Assembly: GCA_951406725.2 (NCBI GenBank)
Contig: OX597822.1
Span: 104,346,001 to 104,410,000, forward strand
Source of the DNA: Octopus vulgaris
Lineage: Eukaryota
Direction of reading: 5' to 3'
Length of the DNA: 64,000 nucleotides
Each line of letters opens with the position of its first letter. The first letter of the stretch is position 1. Position numbers and translations under genes: made by a program. Below are positions 55,671 through 64,000 of this stretch, piece by piece. The notes under the pieces were generated by a model. The model saw nothing but the letters and a program-made list of their open reading frames with translations, had not been told where the DNA came from and made no database searches.

Positions 55671-56042
55671 TTTTTGCTAGAATATATATATATATATATA
55701 TCATCGGAGTTTGATAAATGCAATGCACCAAATTCTTGACCATTCAGGTAGCGCTGTAATTGTTGCTGATAAAAAATAAAATATATATACCCATGTATTG
55801 TGCTCTTTTTAGTCTGTTTAACGATGTACCAAACATACATACAGACATATATGCACACACCCACATGCATGCAAATATATACATACAGATATATATTTGA
55901 TCTGAAGCGGTTTAGCAGAACCCAAAGAAAATATTCTATGCCTCACTGTTAAGACGTACATAATCATAAAGGAACCCTCCATACTAAAGTTAATCGAAAG
56001 AATACGCGTAAAGAGAACCCTGTTCCTATGTAGGTGTACAAG

Positions 56043-56346
56043 TGGAGGCACATGGCCTAGTGGTTAGAGCAGCGGACTCGCGGTCGAGGGATCGCGGGTT
56101 CGAATCTCAGACCGGGCGATGAGTGTGTTTATGAGCGAAACACCTAAGCTTCACACGGCTCTGGCAGAAGGTAATGGCGAACTTCTGCTGACTCTTTCGC
56201 CACAACTTTCTCTCACTCTTTCCTCCTGCATCTTGCATCCTACCTGCGACGGACCGGCGTCTCGTCCAGGTGGGGAACCTGTACGCCAAGGAAACCGGGA
56301 AACCGGCCCTAATGAGCCAGGCTTGACTCGAGAAGGAACAAACAAA
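56043..56346 (+). mobile_element. SINE family C (tail 3)
   Basis: 15-bp TSD atgtaggtgtacaag (56028-56042 / 56347-56361). Confidence 0.92.
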
Positions 56347-56999
56347 ATGTAGGTGTACAAGACTACAAAAACAGCTGGAACAGATGGAATAACTCACAGA
56401 TACGTTATATTTATGAATCCTGCTGTTCTCGCCTAGTACTTCAAATGGATGCCGTTGGAGGCCAGAAAAGTTCCCGATATCCTTAAACAAAGCAGATATG
56501 TCCCCTCTCGAAATCAAATGTATGTATTCAACTGATGATAAGTTACACTTACATTGGGTATCCTCTGTACACATGTTTGATCGACTGGTTGCAGATGGCT
56601 TAGGGATGATGCAATAATCAAGTGCTGTTAGGACTTGCTGATCACCAAAATGCTACGTCGTAAACGCATTTTAAACAAAGGCGCTTCTCACCGAACAAGA
56701 GGTTCTGGCATTTAAGGTTTAGCGGATACATAGCAAAGTGTAGATGCTATTCGTTATGGGTAGTCTTCCAGATGGTACAAATCGGTTACCCGCTTACGAT
56801 ATCAAGAACGGACTTTTTAGTCCTAGGACGATAAACAATAAAGTGTTCTCAGTCAGTTTGCAAGATATCAGCAATTACGATTACCGAAATATATGTATAG
56901 AGCTCTATATTCTGTTACTTACTTCTGTAGGTGTTACTCACATCTGTAGGCTCATTCCACTGCGCGTTGGTGGATATGTTAATGGTATTTTGTTGTGTT

Positions 57000-57396
57000 A
57001 AGGCGGCGAGCTGGGCGAAATGCTTAGCGGTATTTCGTCTGTCGTTACGTTCTGAGTTCAAATTCCGCCGAGGTCGACTTTGCCTTTCATCCTTTCGGGG
57101 TCGTTAAATTAAGTACCAGTTACGCACTGGGGTCGATGTAATCGACTTAATACCCATGTCTGTCCTTGTTTGTCCCCTCTGTGTTTAGCCCCTTGTGGGT
57201 AATAAAGAAATAGGTATTTCGTCTGTCGTTACATTCTGAGTTCAAATTCCGCCGAGGTCGACTTTGCCTTTCATCCTTTCGGGGTCGATAAATTAAGGAC
57301 CAGTTACGCACTGGGGTCGATATAATCGACTTAATCCGTTTGTCTGTCCTTGTTTGTCCTATCTGTGTTTAGCCCCTTGTGGGTAGTAAAGAAATA
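57000..57396 (+). mobile_element. SINE family A: head plus two bodies
   Basis: 16-bp TSD ggtattttgttgtgtt (56984-56999 / 57397-57412). Confidence 0.92.
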
Positions 57397-58138
57397 GGTA
57401 TTTTGTTGTGTTTGGGGTTTGTACTAGCTTTATCACAGAAGTTCCTTTTGTCTCTTGAAAGATCGACTGAAAATGCCAGAGGTATATTTCTCAATATTTC
57501 ACGTTCATTGTCACTATCCTCTGTATGTTTGGAACAGGTTGGCGATTGATCAACCGAGTTGATTATAGATTATTATCTCCGGCTATCTCTACTTTATGGT
57601 AAGGATGAACATACAACAGAGAAATGGAAGAAATGTTCTTATGTTAAATTCAGACGATTTGAAGATTAATGCTGATAAATAATTGTGGACTAGATGAGAT
57701 TTAAAAAAATGTTTTTTTTTGGGTGAGAAGAGTTCGTAGTGAAGATTGGAGCCGGGTAATGAAACACAATAGGAATGATCGATAGAAGGGAGATGTGTCG
57801 AATATGTTGGTTGGATAGAGAAGCTCTGCAGTTATCCATTTTAAAGGAAGCGAGGTAATTTTAGAAGCATTAGAAGAGACAGAGAAAGGACACATCAACA
57901 TATATGATTGGAACTGTTATTGATCTAATAGACTGATTGTTGAAAATACTATTGTGATTCATGCGTCTAAAGGGAAACGTTAGAATTGTTCGTACCTCAT
58001 TCTTATTTCCATTGATCTCGTATTTGCACAATGCTTTTTTTTTATATTTATATAAGATCTGAATCGATATATTCTTTATTTGCTTTTACGCTTATACGTT
58101 GCATTGGGTAGAAAAAAAAAGCACAAACACACACACGC

Positions 58139-58180
<42 letters not shown>

Positions 58181-58805
58181 ACACACACACACACATACAA
58201 ACACTCTGAAACATGGCATTGATATAAAGGCAAAATTCCTATACGAAATATGGTGCCTGCAGATGAACAGACAATATGGTGCTAGAAACTAGAAATATTC
58301 TCTGATGTAAATGAGAACGCATAAAATTATGTAGATAGCACGATAAATCCTTACCTATCTTGTTATAGCTCATCTCATAAATGTAGACATCTAAGCGCTT
58401 GTATTGTAATTACCGATGGAACAGTTATTTACAAAATGAAAAAAAGAAAAAGAAGGAACAAGCAAAGTAAGGTATATTTTTCGAAAATTGATGATAGAAG
58501 TTCAATATGAAGTAACAGGTTGCTACACAGCTTGGAAAGGTTATCTAAATGGATGAGCAAATCAAATATCTCGACGAACTATTCAATAACCTTGAACTAT
58601 AATGATGACCTTTATTGATAGCAATAATAGCAAGATGATGACCTTATCTGCGACCAATAATATCTTCGGACTTGAAAAATAGAATGTCAGAGAAAGATTT
58701 CAAAGTAAACATAGCTTCGACTGTGCAAAAAGTTCAAACAGTGGAAACAAATTTCATGTTGTGAGGATGGAGAAAGGGTTACCGTTCTGGGAAGAAGTAT
58801 TGATC

Positions 58806-58853
<48 letters not shown>

Positions 58854-59614
58854 AAAGAAAGAAAAAAGATAGATAGATAGAGAAAGAAAGACAGAGAGAT
58901 AGCGGGACAGAGAGAGAGAGAGATGGACAGAGAGAGAAAGAGAGAGAATGTTTACTGGTTTGATAAGATGAATATAATGGCAATAATCAGTCACAGTTTT
59001 CTGATTAACATAACTACATTCGCACTGAATTGGTTTTATAACAATTGGTAAACACTGCTTTGAAATTTGCTTAATTCAAATTGATTTGATTTAAAATAAT
59101 TGTGTATCCCAATCAAGTAATAAAACGTTTAATGATACTTATCGTAATGAAACGGCTGTTGAGCAAAATTAAAGTGAGAACTATATGTGAAATTTATACC
59201 TCTCTGCTTTTATGCTAAATATAATGCTCCTAAATATCGTTTCCGCTGAATATGGCTATACATGTAAGTCGGTTCCACTTGCATTTCCTTTAATGTAACG
59301 AGTTTGTTCGCGTTTAACGACCTGTTATTTGTTGAGCTCTTATTATTGCGGCTTTATTGTTTGATGTTTAGATGCGCATCTTTTATAATTTACTTGTTTC
59401 AGTCATTAGACAGCGCCCATGATGGGGCACGGCCTCGAAGAATTTTTAGTTGAATTAATCGACCCCAGTATGGTACTTATTCTATCGATTCTTTTGTCGA
59501 ACCGATAAGCAACGGAGGCATAATCACATCGACACAGGTTGCCAAGAGAAAATATTTCCACACCATAGTCAAAACCACTGATAAACTCCACCCCCATCTC
59601 GTAATACTACAGCA

Positions 59615-59802
59615 CTCCGGGAGAAATGCTTAGCGGTATTTCGTCTGCTGCAACGTTCTAAGTTCAAATTCCGCCGAGGTCGACTTTGCCTTTCATCCTT
59701 TCGGGGTCGATAAATAAAGTACCAGTTGCGTACTTGGGCCGATCTAATCGACTGGCTTCCTCTCTCAAAATTTCGGGCCTTGGGCCTAGAGTAGAAACGA
59801 AT
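59615..59802 (+). mobile_element. SINE family A with tail A2
   Basis: Same head and centre; ends aaaatttcgggccttgggcctagagtagaaa. Confidence 0.85.
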
Positions 59803-59839
59803 ATTTGTTCTATTTTTCCAGAGGGTGTAAAATAGTACC

Positions 59840-60275
59840 AGGGATGGCTGTAGGGTTAAGAAATCCGCTTTGAAACCATGTGGTTTCAGGTTCAGTCTTA
59901 CTGTGCGTCACGTTGAATAAGTGTTTTCTACTATAGCTACAAGGCTGACCAATGCCTTGTAAGTGAATCTGGTAAACGGAAACTGTGTGGAAACCCGTCA
60001 TGTATATATGATACGCATAACTATATATGCGTGTGCGTATGTGCGTGTGTGTGTGTGCGTGCGTGCGTGTATATGTATTTGTGTTTGTCCACAGCTTGAC
60101 AACCATTGTTGGTTTGTTTATGTCCCCGTAACATAGCGGTTCGACCAAAGTAACCCATAGAAGTATCAAACTAAAAAAAAATATGTCCTGGTGTCGATTT
60201 GTTGGATTAAATCCTTCAAGGTGATGTTCCAGCATGACCGCCATCTAGTGACTGGAATTAGAAATAGATAAAGGA
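59840..60275 (+). mobile_element. Diverged SINE family B
   Basis: Colinear with 8060-8466. Confidence 0.75.
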
Positions 60276-61014
60276 AACAGGTTAATTGAATGGACTATGG
60301 TATCGATCTTGCTAATGCTAACCTGGCCTTGTATCTGACTAAACAAATCCTTGTAAGATATTGTAGAGTAGTATAAATGATATTACGATAAAACTGTATT
60401 TATATATTTTTTTCTCATACAACACAAATGTATTTTTAAATGTAGTAATTATATTCTGTGTCGAGAAACGAACATCAAAGCATGGTGCTGTCGGCATATC
60501 AAGATTGCAGAGAATAAATTTGAAAAGTTCAATAGTACGACAGATAGAAACATAATTAATGTGATGATGAAATCGATCTTTAACATAAAGAAACGAACTG
60601 ACCGCCTCCCGCAAGCCAAAGAAAAAAAAATTAACAGTGCTGATGGTTCATTAAAAACAGTTCGTTTGCACTCTTAGTTAGGGCCGCCAAAACTGGTGGG
60701 TTCGTACGCTATGGGCCTAAACACTATATTACGGGACGTAAGTAAACCAACACCTGTTGTGAAGCGAAGAAAGATGAACGCAAGCACGAAGATACACGCA
60801 TGAAGACGTATATATACCTGCATATGGATAATACAATACATACACACACACACACACACACACAGAGAGACACGCATATACATAGATACATACACTACAT
60901 ACACTACATACACATGTATATGCATATATTCATATATACGCACATATGTACAGACCTATCTCCTACACGCATTTTTTTTCTCTCCTTGTTTCTCTCCTTG
61001 TTTTTTTCTGTGCA

Positions 61015-61052
61015 TCTTTCTGTCGAAGAGCGTAGGCTCGAAACGTAAAAGA
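61015..61052 (+). ncRNA. Hammerhead-like motif, A6U core
   Basis: tcttt CTGTCGA a gagc-gtag-gctc GAAAC GTA aaaga. Confidence 0.7.
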
Positions 61053-61260
61053 CTTTTTCTATGTCTATTCCTGAGCGCTATACTAATACATTTGTTTGTT
61101 TGTACTCAGCCTGCCTTCGTCTTTTATTTATTTTCGTAAACTTTCCCGTTATATATGTATATATATATATATCTGGCCGAAATCAGATCGCCATGTTGAT
61201 TCGTTAGCTACTGCACGCATTTTTTTATCTCCTTCTTTCTGTGTTTTTTTTCTCTGTGTA

Positions 61261-61298
61261 TCTTTCTGTTGAAGAGCGTAGGCTCGAAACGTTAAAGA
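61261..61298 (+). ncRNA. Hammerhead-like motif, A6U core
   Basis: tcttt CTGTTGA a gagc-gtag-gctc GAAAC GTT aaaga. Confidence 0.7.
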
Positions 61299-61396
61299 CT
61301 TGTTTTATTTATATTTCCTGAGCGCCATACTAATACAATTGTTTGTTTGTATTCCACCTGCCTTCGTCTTTTGTCTATTTTCATAAAGCTTCCCGT

Positions 61397-61428
<32 letters not shown>

Positions 61429-61606
61429 TATGCACTCACATACATACAATAATACATACACACATACAAAACTAGAATATATACATAGGCACATATATGC
61501 ATATATATATACACGTATGCATAGAAAATATATATTCATACAATATATTAAATGCATACCTGCATACATTTCGAAGTCACTGTAAACATTTTCCTTGTAA
61601 AAATTA

Positions 61607-61648
<42 letters not shown>

Positions 61649-62179
61649 GTATACATATACACACATACACACACACTCGCGCATACAGCACAGAAGTTCT
61701 GGTGTCATAATTTCAACTAATAGTCACAAAATAGGACAAAAAGTTTTAGATAAATCGTATAACTATCGTAAAATTGAAGATAAAATAATTTTATCAACAT
61801 ATAAACACATATAGTGTGTGTTTATAATAATATAAAATAGCGTGAGATAAATACGGATTGCAAACTCTACTGGTTAGACTGTGAATAGCATTATCAAGTA
61901 GTTTTATACAATGAAAGGTTTAAGTAACAATGAAACACACATAGTGCATGGGAGATTAAGAGGGGAGAGAGAGCAGTGGGTAAGAGATATGGAAGCTACT
62001 TAGGAAGGTTGGGTTTCACTGGACTGTACTGTTGATAATTACCTGCGCTATTCAATCGAAGAAAGATTCAATTGTAACTGCTGAAGATTTTTCAAAACTG
62101 GTTTCGTATCATGATCTTGGTTTTCTTAAGCATCGACGAATTAATTTCACTCTTAGTGTTCAGAATCAATTCGAACTAA

Positions 62180-62229
62180 GTATGTGTGTATGCATGTTTA
62201 ACATAGATGTATACATGTATTTATCTGTG

Positions 62230-62298
<69 letters not shown>

Positions 62299-62373
62299 TC
62301 ATATACGTATATGACTATAAATACATACATATATATGCACATATGTGTGTGTATTTATGTTTGTGTGTAACTA

Positions 62374-62410
<37 letters not shown>

Positions 62411-62417
62411 ACATATA

Positions 62418-62454
<37 letters not shown>

Positions 62455-62537
62455 ACATATATATATGTATATATATATATATATATATATCTACATATAT
62501 ATACTTGCATATATATATATATATATATATACATACT

Positions 62538-62595
<58 letters not shown>

Positions 62596-62705
62596 CACAC
62601 AAACATAAATACACGCAAACACATACACACACATATGTGCATGTATATGTATGTATGTATTTATATTCATATATATGTATGTATATATCTATATGCATAC
62701 ACACA
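62180..62705. repeat. (TA)n-rich microsatellite
   Basis: Direct reading. Confidence 0.95.
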
Positions 62706-62938
62706 CAAACTCATATACGTGGCATTGATTTTCTTCTTACAGTTATGGCCAGATGTTACGTCTCTCGTTTCTTTAGACAAGTGATAAATATATGGATGCA
62801 GGGTCTGTACATAGTGCAAAAAAAAGGGATGGAGATGCAGTGAGGAACACTGCAATAGATGCCGATATGATGATAACGAGAGCAATAACTATACTCCGCC
62901 ACACCTCTCCTCTCCTGCTGCTGCTGCTGCTGCCGCTG

Positions 62939-63034
<96 letters not shown>

Positions 63035-63048
63035 ATAATAATAATACT

Positions 63049-63470
63049 TATTTCTTTACAGCCCACAAGGGGCTACACACAGAAGTGGACAAACAAGGAC
63101 AGACAAACGGATTAAGCCGATTACATCGACCCCCAGTGCGTAACTGGTACTTAATTTATCGACCCCGAAAGGGATGAAAGGCAAAGTCGACCCCGGCGGA
63201 ATTTGAACTCAGAACGTAGCGGCAGACGAAATACCTATTTCTGTACTACCCACAAGGGGCTAAACACAGAGGGGGCAAACAAGGACAGACAAACGGATTA
63301 AGTCGATTACATCGACTCCCAGTGCGTAACTGGTACTTAATTTATCGACCCCGAAAGGATGAAAGGCAAAGTCGACCTCGGCGGAGTTTGAACTCAGAAC
63401 GTAGCGTCAGGTCGAAATACCGCTGAGCATTTCGCCCGGCGTGCTAACGATTCTGCCAGCTCGCCGCCTT
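63049..63470 (-). mobile_element. SINE family A: head plus two bodies, inserted in (AGT)n
   Basis: (CTA)n on both sides (62915-63033, 63475-63532). Confidence 0.9.
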
Positions 63471-63473
63471 TTG

Positions 63474-63533
<60 letters not shown>

Positions 63534-63589
63534 AAGTGATTGTAATAATATTGAGAATGATAAGGCCAACCAGCATGCGCAAGTGTATC

Positions 63590-63900
63590 GTTAGGAAACG
63601 TGAAAGTACGCAGGAGTATATTCCAGGGAGTACTCACTGCCTCTAATACTCTTCGTCATTATTTAATAGACCCTTCCACAAGTGTACTGAATAAATTCAA
63701 GTTTGCCTATGAGTTTACTAAAACGAAAGTACGAATAAAATATACATGGATGACCTCAAAGTATACACGAAATGTGGAAAAAAAGGCCTGGATTTTCTAA
63801 TCCAAACAGCAAGAATATTCAGCAAGTATATTGGAATGCAGTATGAGATGAATGAGTTTAGTGTTCATCACGAAAAGAGGTCGGAAGATAAACTCAGAAG
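63590..63900 (+). pseudogene. Decayed non-LTR reverse transcriptase fragment (R4-like)
   Basis: RRSIFQG and, in another frame, YMDDLKVY at ~63743-63766. Confidence 0.65.
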
Positions 63901-64000
63901 ATGTAAAATTACAACCGAGGAAAACATTGAACGCCTTCCCCACTTAGTGATAAATGACAGGCGATTGACCATGTATCAAATAGCCAATACCTATTTCTTT

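Larger units (their letters stand above)
60960..61398 (+). mobile_element. Two adjacent copies of HHR element family H2
   Basis: Units ~60960-61150 and ~61186-61398, each followed by (TA)n. Confidence 0.85.

Noticed and set aside
56390-58010. Possible decayed LINE endonuclease/RT or host exons
   Set aside because: Higher-complexity sequence, but no motif could be read with confidence; needs a translated homology search.

Overview
AT-rich eukaryotic non-coding DNA. The repeat content (tRNA-derived SINEs, Tc1/mariner relics, very dense microsatellites) is most consistent with an octopus or other cephalopod genome; this is inferred. No intact host gene is visible, and nearly all ORFs in the track are microsatellite translation artefacts. 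The window is a mosaic of microsatellites, several SINE families (many with clear target-site duplications, TSDs), decayed Tc1/mariner transposons, four non-autonomous Helitrons, and RTE and R4/Dong-like LINE fragments. Two signals stand out. (1) About 17 minimal type-I hammerhead ribozyme (HHR) motifs, intact, variant or truncated, occur in roughly ten different short elements. Most have a palindromic, dimer-type stem III and lie beside (TA)n tracts, and many sit in the spacer of long inverted repeats. This matches Penelope-like pseudo-LTR/retrozyme architecture, with recurring non-canonical cores (U3-A8, A6U, unpaired base of stem II). (2) One SINE family has TSDs that start with RGT(A/T). 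It carries that site internally and inserts into itself, building tandem arrays. All motifs were read by eye, so element boundaries may be off by a few bases.
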